Shown here piece by piece: positions 8,818 through 18,795 of a stretch of DNA of 60,616 nt. A program made the position numbers and the translations under genes. Every line of letters begins with the position of its first letter. Position 1 is the stretch's first letter. This DNA is from Candidatus Dojkabacteria bacterium (GTDB taxonomy: Bacteria; Patescibacteriota; Dojkabacteria; JAOAGR01), in the NCBI GenBank assembly GCA_026415655.1, contig JAOAGR010000001.1, positions 1 through 60,616 on the forward strand. The letters are read 5' to 3'. A model generated the notes under the pieces. That model did not search any database. It saw nothing but the letters and a program-made list of their open reading frames with translations, and had not been told where the DNA came from.

Positions 8818-11800
8818 ATGAATAACAAACTAATAACTAATTTCTTTGAACTTTATAATCAACTAAATAATGAACAGAAAAAGGCTGTAGATATGATTGA
8901 TGGACCTGTTATGATATTGGCCGGTCCTGGTACTGGTAAGACTCAAGTTTTAGCGCTAAGAATAGTTAATATCCTGAGGCAAACAGATGTAGAACCAAAT
9001 GATATCTTGTGCCTTACATTCCAAGATGCTTCTGTACAAGCAATGCGTAATCGGTTGATACGTTTTTTAGGAAATGATGCATACCGAATCAACATACATA
9101 CTTTTCATTCCTTTTGTAATGATGTAATACGTACATATCCAGATATTTTTAATTTCAATCTAAATGTAAGTACTATCTCTGATGTGGATAAGTTGGATAT
9201 TTTCAGGGATATAATTTTAAATAATAAGCTTGATCAACTACAATTTACTAACGATATTTTAGGTTATTTTTCTTCGTTAGTTCGTACAATATCTAATCTT
9301 AAAAAAGAATATATAACACCAGCAAAATTAAAAGAAATAATTCAGATATGGGCGCAAGGTGATCAGGATGTTGAACTGCGCAAGTTAGAACGGATGAACC
9401 AATTGGTTATTTTCTATGAAGAATATCTAAGAATAATGAAAGAAAGGAGTTTAATAGATTTCGATGATATGATCTATTATGTTACTGAGGAATTTACGAA
9501 AAACGATGAATTAGTACGTATTTATCAAGAAAATTTTTTATACACACTTGTCGATGAGTTTCAGGATACAAATAATGCCCAACTTGAAGTAATAAAACAT
9601 GTTGCAAATTACGAAGGTCTAAATTCTAATATATTTGTTGTTGGTGATGACGATCAGACTATCTTTAGATTTCAAGGCGCGTCTCTGAGTAACTTTTCAT
9701 CATTTTTGGAAATATTCCCTGATACAGAAATTATTGTTTTGAAAACTAATTATCGTTCAGGACAACAGATAATTGATGTCTCTGAAAATGTAATAAAAAA
9801 TAATGAACCATTTCGATTAGTTAATAATGATTTCTTAAAATCACGAAATTTAGATAAAAATTTTGTTTCAGGTAGAGGTTTAGATTCGAGAGTATCGGTT
9901 CATGAATTTAACAATGCTCTACATGAAGACTATTTTATAGCTAGTTCTATCAAGTCGCTTATAGATTCGGGTGTTGATCCAAATGAAATTGCGATAATTA
10001 CACGTAATAATAGACAAATATCTAATATTACAGGGTTTTTAGATGCTTTTAGGATAAAATATAAAATTAAAAAATCTAATAATTTGTTGGATGATAACTT
10101 TATTCTTGATATTATTACTATTTTCAAAGCAATAAATGATCCCAAACTTTTGTTTGATGATAGATTTATGTGGGACTTTTGCAATGTAAAATTCTGGGAT
10201 TTAAATATATATGATCTTCTTGCACAGATGCACAAATCGCGTGAAAGTAATAAATCTTTCTATGAACTCATCAAAAATAGCAATGATATTTTATATATTA
10301 AATTTAAAGGCGTTTTGGATGAAATTGTTAATTTATCAAAGAAGATTTCAGAATTTTCGGTTGAAAATATTTTTATTAAAATGATTAATAAACTAGGTAT
10401 ATTGGAATATCTAGGGAAAATTGATGATTCTCATTTGTATCTACATAAAATTGGTATTTTTTATCAATATATACAATCAAGACAGAAATTTTATCAGACT
10501 TATTTTGGAAACAAATATAGCTATATATTGCAAAAATTAATATCTGATCTGGATAACATGCAAAAGCGTGAAGTTATAATACCTATTGATATATCTGATG
10601 TGGAGCAGATGGATGGGATAAACGTTATTACAGCTCATTCATCAAAAGGTCTCGAATTTGAATATGTTTTTCTCTATCAGTGTATCGAAAATAACTGGGA
10701 GAAGGTCCAAGGTAGGGTAGATCCATTTAAATCACCGTTGTTTAATAATTTAATACCATCAGAACTTAACGAAAAAGAATATGACGAAAGAAGGCTTTTC
10801 TATGTGGCCTGTACTAGAGCTAAGAATGAATTAATTATTACATTTGCGAATAAGTATCCTGCATCAAGTAGTGGTGAGCTTGATTGGAAGGAAAAAAACG
10901 TTAGTAAATATGTGCTTGAAACAAATATTGAAAAATTTATTAGACATGATGAACTGATAGATCAAGATGAAAAAATAAATCAGATATTGTTATCAGACAT
11001 AGATGATGTAGTATTTGATGATAATACTAAACAGTATTTATCGAATATCATTCAATCAAATTTTACTTTATCGTTTACTGGGCTCAAGAAATATTCAGAT
11101 TACTGTAAATATAAGTTTTTATTGGAAAATATATTCAAAGTACCTACGCCTACTAGTGCGGAGTTACTGATAGGTACTTTTGTTCATGAGGGAGTAGAGA
11201 ATATCATTAAATATGGAGTTAACAATGAAAATACGCTAGATAATTTGATAAAAAAAATATTAGAAAAGGCAGAACAAGAGTATCACTCAAGCGATTTTAT
11301 TTTTGAGGTTTCTTTAGACAAGATAAAAGATAAAATTAGTAAAAGTATAAAAGCTTATTTTGAATATTATCAAAATAATTTCTCCCTAAGGGTATATTCT
11401 ATTGAAACTAATATCAAAGCATGGTTTGAAAATATTCCAATTAACGGCAGGGTAGATATGATAGGTTTTGAGCAGGGAGCTTATGTTATTTCTGATTTCA
11501 AAACTATTTCAAAAATTCCTTCGATAGGTGATTTTTTAGGTATAAATAAAACATCACAAAATCAGCATTTACAGCAGTTACTTTTTTATAAATTATTGAT
11601 TGAAAAGTGTAGTTATCAAAATATAAAGTTGTTAAAAAATAAAATAAAATCACTTCGTATTGAGTATATTGATACTACAGATTACAGAGTAATTCCTTTT
11701 GAGATCCCGGCATTTGGTATCTATGAATATCGTAAAAGAGTTAATTCTAAAGAAACTTCCGAGTTTGACCTAGATCAGGTATACGAAGAGTTAAAAAATT

Positions 11801-11904
11801 CTATAAAAGATGTTTACAATTCGATTGTAGCATTAGATTTTAGAAAAACTGATGATTTGTCAAAATGTGAAAAATGCCCATTTAGAAAACATTGTCGTAG
11901 GTGA
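8818..11904 (+). CDS. UvrD/PcrA-family SF1 helicase fused to C-terminal PD-(D/E)XK nuclease
   Basis: AGPGTGKT, LVDEFQDTN, VGDDDQTIFRFQGA, NYRS, TAHSSKGLEF, ERRLFYVACTRAK; GRVD..ISDFKT, QLLFY, CEKCPFRKHC. ATG 8818 chosen over TTG 8767. Confidence 0.93.
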   Translation: MNNKLITNFFELYNQLNNEQKKAVDMIDGPVMILAGPGTGKTQVLALRIVNILRQTDVEPNDILCLTFQDASVQAMRNRLIRFLGNDAYRINIHTFHSFCNDVIRTYPDIFNFNLNVSTISDVDKLDIFRDIILNNKLDQLQFTNDILGYFSSLVRTISNLKKEYITPAKLKEIIQIWAQGDQDVELRKLERMNQLVIFYEEYLRIMKERSLIDFDDMIYYVTEEFTKNDELVRIYQENFLYTLVDEFQDTNNAQLEVIKHVANYEGLNSNIFVVGDDDQTIFRFQGASLSNFSSFLEIFPDTEIIVLKTNYRSGQQIIDVSENVIKNNEPFRLVNNDFLKSRNLDKNFVSGRGLDSRVSVHEFNNALHEDYFIASSIKSLIDSGVDPNEIAIITRNNRQISNITGFLDAFRIKYKIKKSNNLLDDNFILDIITIFKAINDPKLLFDDRFMWDFCNVKFWDLNIYDLLAQMHKSRESNKSFYELIKNSNDILYIKFKGVLDEIVNLSKKISEFSVENIFIKMINKLGILEYLGKIDDSHLYLHKIGIFYQYIQSRQKFYQTYFGNKYSYILQKLISDLDNMQKREVIIPIDISDVEQMDGINVITAHSSKGLEFEYVFLYQCIENNWEKVQGRVDPFKSPLFNNLIPSELNEKEYDERRLFYVACTRAKNELIITFANKYPASSSGELDWKEKNVSKYVLETNIEKFIRHDELIDQDEKINQILLSDIDDVVFDDNTKQYLSNIIQSNFTLSFTGLKKYSDYCKYKFLLENIFKVPTPTSAELLIGTFVHEGVENIIKYGVNNENTLDNLIKKILEKAEQEYHSSDFIFEVSLDKIKDKISKSIKAYFEYYQNNFSLRVYSIETNIKAWFENIPINGRVDMIGFEQGAYVISDFKTISKIPSIGDFLGINKTSQNQHLQQLLFYKLLIEKCSYQNIKLLKNKIKSLRIEYIDTTDYRVIPFEIPAFGIYEYRKRVNSKETSEFDLDQVYEELKNSIKDVYNSIVALDFRKTDDLSKCEKCPFRKHCRR

Positions 11905-12062
11905 TTGTATATTTTGGAATAGATAAAATAAATTCAATAAAGTAAAAACAAAAAAATGCATACATGCAAATAATTTCTTATATTTATTTAATAAAACAAA
12001 TGTTCTTGAATTATATTGAAGTTAATAGTCTGGTTATATTACCATAATGTATTATTGTAAAT

Positions 12063-13403
12063 TCATGGACAGGGTACATTGCGCAGTAGATGCCAATACT
12101 GGGTTACTATTCCATTTGGTTTTCCGTCACTTCCTACATGTACTAAAACAGCATAATATGCAGGATCATTTTTAAAAGTGCCGTTATAATCATAACAACC
12201 ATATCTAATATACCCATCAGACATAGCGTATATTGGTGCACCATGATAGGACGCGATATCAACCGGACCTCCATGTGCTACTGATGATTGAGTGATCACG
12301 TAGTTAAACATTGGGGGATGAGAGACTAAATTATTATTTGCTCTTCCGGGCAGATATGTATCTGCATTTTTTCTTTGACCATTTACTATGACTTCTAGGT
12401 GCAAATGTGAGCCTAGAGAAGGGTATTGTACAGGATCATAGTAGTACCAATTTGGTCCCAAATGACTACAATAATTATTTGTTCTTGGTACTGGATTTGC
12501 AGGATAATAGCTACATGAAAAACCTGTTCTTCCTTGAAATCCGATCACCTGTCCTGCCTTTACAAATGCTCCTGATGGCGGCATGACAGCAAGTTTTAAT
12601 CTATATTCGCTTAGTTCCCGTTCTAATCTTTTCATTTCTTCAGAGAGTTGAGCATCTTTAGAAAATAAATCTTTTTGATTATTGAGCGATTCCTGGATTT
12701 GTTTGTCTTTGTTTTGTTTTTGCCATTCGAGTGCCTGTTGTTGCATTTTTAATCCTTCGTATTTTGATACTGTTTCTTCTTTGATTTTGTTTATTTCATC
12801 TTTTTTTTGAATTATTGTTTGCTTTTTTTCTTGTAATTCATTTTCAAATGTAATAATTTCTTCTTTTTTGTTTTTAATTATTGTTGTTATTGCTTTTTGT
12901 TTTTCTTGCTCTAATATCGCATTTTCTAGACTTGTGGATTCATAAAGTAAACTTGGTGAGCTAATCTGGCGTTTGTATAAAAAGTTTATCGAAATTTCAT
13001 ATTCGTTTTGTAATCGTTTTAATTCTTCATTTAATTCTTTTATTCTATCTTCAAGTTTTGCTTGTTCATCTATGAGAATACTGAGTTCTAATTCTAATTT
13101 TTCTATCTCCAAACTTAGTGTCTCTATCATTATTTCGTTTTGTCTAATAGTAGAATCTAAAACGACCTTTTGCTGCTTGAGACTAGCTTGTTTTTGAGCT
13201 TCTGACAATATAGTATTTTTTATTTTCTCTCGCTCTTCTTTTAATTTCCTCAATTTTTCTTCGGTTTCTTTTAGTTTTTGTTGCATTTCACTTGTTGCTT
13301 GTGCGTGTACAAATTGGCTAGTTATGACATTTACATGTAGTAAAATCATTACAACAACACCTATTAAAATAAAAATTATTTTTTTTGCGGTTCTGTTTAT
13401 CAT
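12063..13403 (-). CDS. Secreted coiled-coil M23/LytM peptidase (EnvC/PcsB-like FtsEX partner); M23 domain circularly permuted
   Basis: Signal peptide, long coiled coil, GQVIGFQGRTG..GSHLHLEV followed by HGGPVD..GAPIYAMSDG..TQYWHL; directly downstream of ftsX. Confidence 0.85.
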   Translation of the reverse strand: MINRTAKKIIFILIGVVVMILLHVNVITSQFVHAQATSEMQQKLKETEEKLRKLKEEREKIKNTILSEAQKQASLKQQKVVLDSTIRQNEIMIETLSLEIEKLELELSILIDEQAKLEDRIKELNEELKRLQNEYEISINFLYKRQISSPSLLYESTSLENAILEQEKQKAITTIIKNKKEEIITFENELQEKKQTIIQKKDEINKIKEETVSKYEGLKMQQQALEWQKQNKDKQIQESLNNQKDLFSKDAQLSEEMKRLERELSEYRLKLAVMPPSGAFVKAGQVIGFQGRTGFSCSYYPANPVPRTNNYCSHLGPNWYYYDPVQYPSLGSHLHLEVIVNGQRKNADTYLPGRANNNLVSHPPMFNYVITQSSVAHGGPVDIASYHGAPIYAMSDGYIRYGCYDYNGTFKNDPAYYAVLVHVGSDGKPNGIVTQYWHLLRNVPCP

Positions 13404-13406
13404 TTG

Positions 13407-14369
13407 CTATTTACTAACATATTTTATTACAGCTATAAAGCTACTCATACAGCCCAATATTGCACCGGCCAATGAAACATATAAATAAAACTGTAATATA
13501 AGATAAGAATCAATTTCAGGCCATGGTACAGTGCCGATTATACCGAGTATTTGATTGATAGAATTTGGATAATAAGTAGTAATCAAATAATACGATGCCC
13601 AAATCATGCTTACAGATATTATTCCACTGATTAGACCATATAATGCACCATTTATAATGAATGGTGTTCTTATAAACCAACCCTGTGCGCCGACTAGATT
13701 CATTATCTCTAGCTCCTTAGAATGATAACCTATACTAAGTTTTGTAGTAATAAATATAAGTATCATGGATACCGTTGCCAATAGCCCTGTTGCCACTATA
13801 CCTGCGATTTGCACAAATTCATTAAGAGATCTTATAAAGTCTGCCTGTCGAATGTCAAAATTATACCAGCCAAATTTGTCTATATTTTGTTTATCAACAA
13901 GAGATAAAAATTCTTCATCATTTTCTAAATAACTAATAAGTTTTCTCAGCGTTTCTTGGCTTTCTCCTCTGATAAACGCAATTCGTGGTAAAACACCTTC
14001 TAACACAGAATCATCAACTTCAATATCTTTAATTTTTTCTTTAAAATCACGTTTTGAAAATTCATAGTCTTGTAAATTAACATCAACATTTAGTCCCGAA
14101 CTCTTTATCTTGTCTAAGAATTTCTGCCCTTCTTCATCGGTCAAGTTGCCTTTTAGATAAATAATCAACGGGGGTTTAGAATCTATATATTCAATTATTT
14201 TGGCAGATCCGTAATAAAGAATCAAACACAAAATAATTATAAAAAAAGAAAGTGTCATAACCGTCATCGAAGCTATACTAAGCCCAATATTTCTCCACAT
14301 GTATTGGAAAGCAGTCTTAAAAAGTCTAGCAATTATAATAAAAATGTTTGTTTTATAGTTCATAGCCAC
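13407..14369 (-). CDS. ftsX: Cell division permease FtsX
   Basis: WRNIGLSIASMTVM, ELEIMNLVGAQGWFIRTPF; follows ftsE. Confidence 0.92.
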   Translation of the reverse strand: MAMNYKTNIFIIIARLFKTAFQYMWRNIGLSIASMTVMTLSFFIIILCLILYYGSAKIIEYIDSKPPLIIYLKGNLTDEEGQKFLDKIKSSGLNVDVNLQDYEFSKRDFKEKIKDIEVDDSVLEGVLPRIAFIRGESQETLRKLISYLENDEEFLSLVDKQNIDKFGWYNFDIRQADFIRSLNEFVQIAGIVATGLLATVSMILIFITTKLSIGYHSKELEIMNLVGAQGWFIRTPFIINGALYGLISGIISVSMIWASYYLITTYYPNSINQILGIIGTVPWPEIDSYLILQFYLYVSLAGAILGCMSSFIAVIKYVSK

Positions 14370-15045
14370 CTATATAATCTCTTATAACTCTTCCGTTTTC
14401 AAATGCAATAACACGCTTATTAAGTGAATTTACCACTTCGACATCATGAGTTGCAACAATCACCGTTGTACCCCAATTATTGATTTTGTTTAACAATTGT
14501 ATTATATCCCATGTATTGCTCCTATCCAGATTACCTGTTGGTTCATCTGCTATGAGCATTAATGGTTCATTTACTACTGCTCTTGCGATTGCAGCTCTTT
14601 GTTGCTCACCTCCAGACAAAGTTTTAGGAAAAGCATCTTTTTTATCAAGTAAACCAACCAAATCTAGTACATATTCTACAGCTTTTTTTATCTCTCTTGT
14701 GGGTTTACCGCATACCTCGAGAACAAATGCAACGTTTTCCCAGACAGTTTTAGTCTCTATTAGCTTAAAGTCTTGAAAGATAATTCCAATCATTGATCTA
14801 TACTTTGCTAGTTTACTTCCAGAAAGTTTATCGACCCTTATTTTTGAATTAAATATTATTTTTCCTGACGTTGGTTTTTCCTGTTGTATTGCTAATTTCA
14901 CAACCGTGGATTTACCAGCGCCAGAGGGACCTACCAAAAATACAAATTCCCCTTCGTCTATGGCAAAGGTAACATCGTCTAATGCGTATTTGTCTTTATA
15001 TCTTTTTGTTACGTTTTCAAAGATTAACACAGTATTTTTATTCAA
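14353..15045 (-). CDS. ftsE: Cell division ATP-binding protein FtsE
   Basis: GPSGAGKST, IFQDFKL, LSGGEQQRAAIARA, ADEPTGNLD, GTTVIVATHD. Confidence 0.95.
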   Translation of the reverse strand: MNKNTVLIFENVTKRYKDKYALDDVTFAIDEGEFVFLVGPSGAGKSTVVKLAIQQEKPTSGKIIFNSKIRVDKLSGSKLAKYRSMIGIIFQDFKLIETKTVWENVAFVLEVCGKPTREIKKAVEYVLDLVGLLDKKDAFPKTLSGGEQQRAAIARAVVNEPLMLIADEPTGNLDRSNTWDIIQLLNKINNWGTTVIVATHDVEVVNSLNKRVIAFENGRVIRDYIGGYEL

Positions 15046-16324
15046 TTGGTATTATAACAATAATAATGTTTTTTTCATCATTTGATATTCGATGAAACCA
15101 GAAGGGCAGATTTGATACTTCTAAATCAATCTCATATCTTTCTAAATATTCTAGTTTATCTAATACTTCTTTTGCTTCATTAATATTTTTTGATTTTATT
15201 CTGTTTGCAATTTGTTTTTTATCTATTTGTGGTTGGGCTATGCCGTTTATCCTAAACTCTATAGCTACAGAATCTGTTTCTGATCCTACTACATTAACAA
15301 TAAAATTTTCTTTATTTCCATCCCATATATAACTCTTGGGTAATCTTTGTTTGATAAGATCATTCTTTATATCATTGAATTGATTTTTTTCAAATGCTTT
15401 TATTATGCCTTTGGCATTCATTCGAATATTGAAGGTTTCTGATTCATCTTCAGCTTTCTTGTTAATATTAGAATCAATTATTTCCAATCTAAATGTATTC
15501 TCGGCTATTAGATATGTATTTGTATAGTTTTTATTTGTTTTTATTTTAGTTAATATTTGAGTTTTTAATGATTCTTCTATATTTTTAAGGGCATTCTCGA
15601 TATCTTGTTGAGTTATTATTTTCACTTTTTCTGCCTTTGTGCCGCCTGTAATTGATGTTGTGTTCGTCAGAAAAACCTCATTTATATGATCATAACTGCC
15701 TACGGAGAATCGTGCTCCGGCTGGTATATTGTATTTTTCGCTTATTTCCGAAGCTTCTATCTTTATTTCACCTTGAGAACTAAAACCAGAAACTTTTACC
15801 TCACTCAATAAAATATATTCTAAACCTGCGCACAAAGAAGATACACATTTTATTTTTGTGTTTATTGGTAGGCGAATTTCCTTGTCTGTAGAATTAAAAA
15901 TTGCTACTTTTCCTGTTGCTTTGCTTCCCTTAATTTTTTCTCCTGTAGCATTATATTCAAGATCAAATGCATCTTCTAAAGTCAGTTCTGTAGTTTTTAG
16001 CTTATTATCATTAATATTAAATGATAAAACTCTATTTATACTGATTTTTTGTGTTTTATAGTATATACGTATGTATGTTTTTGCATATGCGTCTACATAG
16101 GTATTTAATCCTATAAATCCAATGAATAATAATATAATTATTGATATTAATATAAGCCTAAATAGCTTTGAATTTAAAGGTTTATTCAAGACATTATTTG
16201 ACTTTTTAGGACTTAATTTATTCTTTGTTACATTCTTTTTATTTGAAGGGATCTTATTTTTCTTTGTTTTATTGTTTTGTATTTTATTTGTTATTAATGA
16301 TATAAACTTCAACATTATTAACAA
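15038..16324 (-). CDS. Membrane-anchored baseplate-J-like protein (C-terminal part of the CPR ftsA-adjacent family)
   Basis: Basic N-terminus, TM, ATGEKIKGSKATGKVAIFN, EKYNIPAG, ITGGT, IITQQDIENA; start codon uncertain. Confidence 0.65.
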   Translation of the reverse strand: MLIMLKFISLITNKIQNNKTKKNKIPSNKKNVTKNKLSPKKSNNVLNKPLNSKLFRLILISIIILLFIGFIGLNTYVDAYAKTYIRIYYKTQKISINRVLSFNINDNKLKTTELTLEDAFDLEYNATGEKIKGSKATGKVAIFNSTDKEIRLPINTKIKCVSSLCAGLEYILLSEVKVSGFSSQGEIKIEASEISEKYNIPAGARFSVGSYDHINEVFLTNTTSITGGTKAEKVKIITQQDIENALKNIEESLKTQILTKIKTNKNYTNTYLIAENTFRLEIIDSNINKKAEDESETFNIRMNAKGIIKAFEKNQFNDIKNDLIKQRLPKSYIWDGNKENFIVNVVGSETDSVAIEFRINGIAQPQIDKKQIANRIKSKNINEAKEVLDKLEYLERYEIDLEVSNLPFWFHRISNDEKNIIIVIIPIE

Positions 16325-16330
16325 AATTCA

Positions 16331-17176
16331 TTATTTTTGTTTGGATTCTAAAGAAAACAAATCATGATTAGCGTAGAATATAAGTTTTCGCGTACTTTTG
16401 TTTGTGTATTTTTTGATTTTTATATTTTTTCCATTATTTTCCTCATTTAAACGACTGGTTTTATTCTCTTCAGTGTTATTCTCTTCTGTGTTATTTAAAG
16501 ATCTTTTTGACTGAGAAGGTAGTTCCTCATCATCCAAATTGAATTCATGCGATATTTGTGTGGATTGAGTTTCCTCTACATCATCTGAACTTACTTCTAT
16601 TTCTTGATCAATATTGACTTCAACATAATTTGGTTGATTTAGAAAAACTATATTTGTATCAGTTACTTCTTTATTAACCTCAGTTATATCATTTTCTTCT
16701 TCACTTAAATTTTTTTGTTCTTGATCTCTTTTTTCTAAATCGTTGTTTATTAGGTCTTTAAGAGATAGTTTTGGCTTTTGACCTTCATCTTTCTCTTTTT
16801 CATTAGGTTTAGCAACAACCTCTTCTATAGCAGATGGAATATAGTATGTTCGACTATTGTATTGTTTTATAGCTTCAAACTTTTTCTTTTGTACCTCTTC
16901 CCAGATAGTGTTATTTATTTCTCCTATGCGTGAAACTACTACAAATCCGACTTTCTGTGCTAATCTATAGCCATTTGGATCCAAAGTAACAATCACTACT
17001 AATTTGTCACTTTTATCAATTACGCGTTTTAATAGTTTCAATGTTGGTACCGAATTAAATATAGAAGCGCGATCAGGTATTACTAGACATACTCTTTCAT
17101 CTTTTGCGTAAATAATCTTTTCAAGAATAAAAGTAATTTCGTTATCAGTATCTATAAATATTTTCGTAGAGTCCAT
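16331..17176 (-). CDS. Cytoplasmic protein matching the N-terminal domain of CPR baseplate-J-like proteins, plus acidic low-complexity tail
   Basis: IFIDTDNEITFILEKI..VCLVIPDRASIFNSVPTLKLLKR..VIVTLDPNGYRLAQKVG. Confidence 0.65.
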   Translation of the reverse strand: MDSTKIFIDTDNEITFILEKIIYAKDERVCLVIPDRASIFNSVPTLKLLKRVIDKSDKLVVIVTLDPNGYRLAQKVGFVVVSRIGEINNTIWEEVQKKKFEAIKQYNSRTYYIPSAIEEVVAKPNEKEKDEGQKPKLSLKDLINNDLEKRDQEQKNLSEEENDITEVNKEVTDTNIVFLNQPNYVEVNIDQEIEVSSDDVEETQSTQISHEFNLDDEELPSQSKRSLNNTEENNTEENKTSRLNEENNGKNIKIKKYTNKSTRKLIFYANHDLFSLESKQK

Positions 17177-17178
17177 AA

Positions 17179-18384
17179 TTAGTAGTTTAATATTTCTAGC
17201 AAAAATCGTGTAATAGATGCAGGTGTTACATCATCATACCCGGATAATAAATTTGTCTGATCTATTATTCCCTCTAAATCTTTTGGTAATAGATAATTTA
17301 CTTTTGGTGCACGATTGAATGGTAGCTCTTTTGTCCATGGGTATTCGATAAGTGCAGTTTTGATCTCTGGTAGGTACGATCCCCCACCACATAAATAGAA
17401 TTGAGATGGAAACCCATTAGTAAGTGTTAAAAATTCTTCCAATCCAATAGCTACTTGTGCGGCCCAGATAGGTGTATCCTTTAAAATGCTATTTCTTACT
17501 TCTGAAATTCTGATTTCTGTTAATTCGCTATTTGAATATTTAATCTTAAAATCTTCGGCTTCAGGTATGGATATTCTTAGATCATTAGAAATTCTTTTTG
17601 TAAATACACGACCGCCAAAAGCAAGCATTTGTGTACCGAGCACTATTCCGTTTTTGACTAAAGCTAGATCAGTAGTGCCACCACCAATATCAATAATAAT
17701 TCCCGAGAATTCCTCATTTTTTGAACCTTTGATTGATCTAGCTATAGCAAAAGGTTGGGAGACTATACCCAAAAGAGGTAGATTTATGTGATTAGTTATT
17801 GATTTGAGATAATTTACGTGTACAATAGGGGCAAACGTAAAATAAAATTTTATAGTTACGTTAGTACCTGTCATCCCGATAGGATCTTCTACTCTAAAAT
17901 TATCTATTCTGCTGTCAATGATTATTACATTGACAAGTTCTATATGAGAAATTTCACCCGTAGTATCACCTATATGGCCAAAAATGAGATTTTGAGCTTC
18001 TTTGTAAGCTTCTTCTGTAATTAATTCTTGGACTTTTATAATTTCGTCACGGGTAATTTGAGAATTTGGCTTTTTGCGGGTATATTTTGCTTCTACTGTA
18101 ATCCCTTTTACTAATTCACCAGCTATTCCCATTATTACTCCATCAAACTCTTTTGCATCAAATTTTAGATCCATTAATGCCTCTTCAATAGTTTCTATAA
18201 CTCTTCTAATGCTAGTGATAGTTCCATTTTTCATCGCTACAGAATGTTGTTTTTTCTTCAAATATTTTTCTATTACTACATTATTATCTTCTACAGCAAA
18301 AAACACTATTTTCAAAAACTCCGTACCGATATCTAAAGTTATATATTTGTTATTTGTATTCTTTTTTGTCTTTGTAAAAATCAT
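17179..18384 (-). CDS. ftsA: FtsA-like actin-fold ATPase
   Basis: LDIGTEFLK, DNFRVEDPIGMTG, IDIGGGTTD, FGGRVFT, AEDFK, LCGGGSYL. Confidence 0.88.
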   Translation of the reverse strand: MIFTKTKKNTNNKYITLDIGTEFLKIVFFAVEDNNVVIEKYLKKKQHSVAMKNGTITSIRRVIETIEEALMDLKFDAKEFDGVIMGIAGELVKGITVEAKYTRKKPNSQITRDEIIKVQELITEEAYKEAQNLIFGHIGDTTGEISHIELVNVIIIDSRIDNFRVEDPIGMTGTNVTIKFYFTFAPIVHVNYLKSITNHINLPLLGIVSQPFAIARSIKGSKNEEFSGIIIDIGGGTTDLALVKNGIVLGTQMLAFGGRVFTKRISNDLRISIPEAEDFKIKYSNSELTEIRISEVRNSILKDTPIWAAQVAIGLEEFLTLTNGFPSQFYLCGGGSYLPEIKTALIEYPWTKELPFNRAPKVNYLLPKDLEGIIDQTNLLSGYDDVTPASITRFLLEILNY

Positions 18385-18413
18385 GGATCTGATATTATTC
18401 TATCATAGCAAAT

Positions 18414-18791
18414 TTATTGGTTAGATGATTGTTTCCTTTTATATTCTCTAATAATTTTGTCTATTAAAAACTTTAACCAGGCATCAGTAGAATTTACATC
18501 TGCATTATAATTATTTTGCAGAATTTTCTTTACTTGTGATGGAGATGGAGTAGGACCTGTGGAAATCATTTTTTTAATTACTTCAATTATTTTTGATACT
18601 ACATCCGTTTGTTGAGTAGTTTGCTGAGGTGATTGAATAGGTTGGAATGTGGTTACTTGAGATTGATTTACCTGAAGATTCGATGATATTACATTGGGGA
18701 GTACAGAACCTCTTTCGATGTCTAAGACTCGTTTTTCATTTTGTGATACTAGATTCTCGGGGTTTGTGGGATATATTCTGTTGCCTTCCAT
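18414..18791 (-). CDS. Hypothetical protein
   Basis: 125-aa ORF tightly packed between smpB and ftsA. Confidence 0.6.
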   Translation of the reverse strand: MEGNRIYPTNPENLVSQNEKRVLDIERGSVLPNVISSNLQVNQSQVTTFQPIQSPQQTTQQTDVVSKIIEVIKKMISTGPTPSPSQVKKILQNNYNADVNSTDAWLKFLIDKIIREYKRKQSSNQ

Positions 18792-18795
18792 AATT

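Noticed and set aside
15038-16324. Prophage or tailocin
   Set aside because: Lone TM-anchored baseplate-J-like gene among cell division genes; no other phage genes
16325-16333. Stop-codon reassignment (code 25) explaining split genes
   Set aside because: The first stop is TAA, and conserved genes end properly at TGA (for example 11904 and 54733) with no internal TGA
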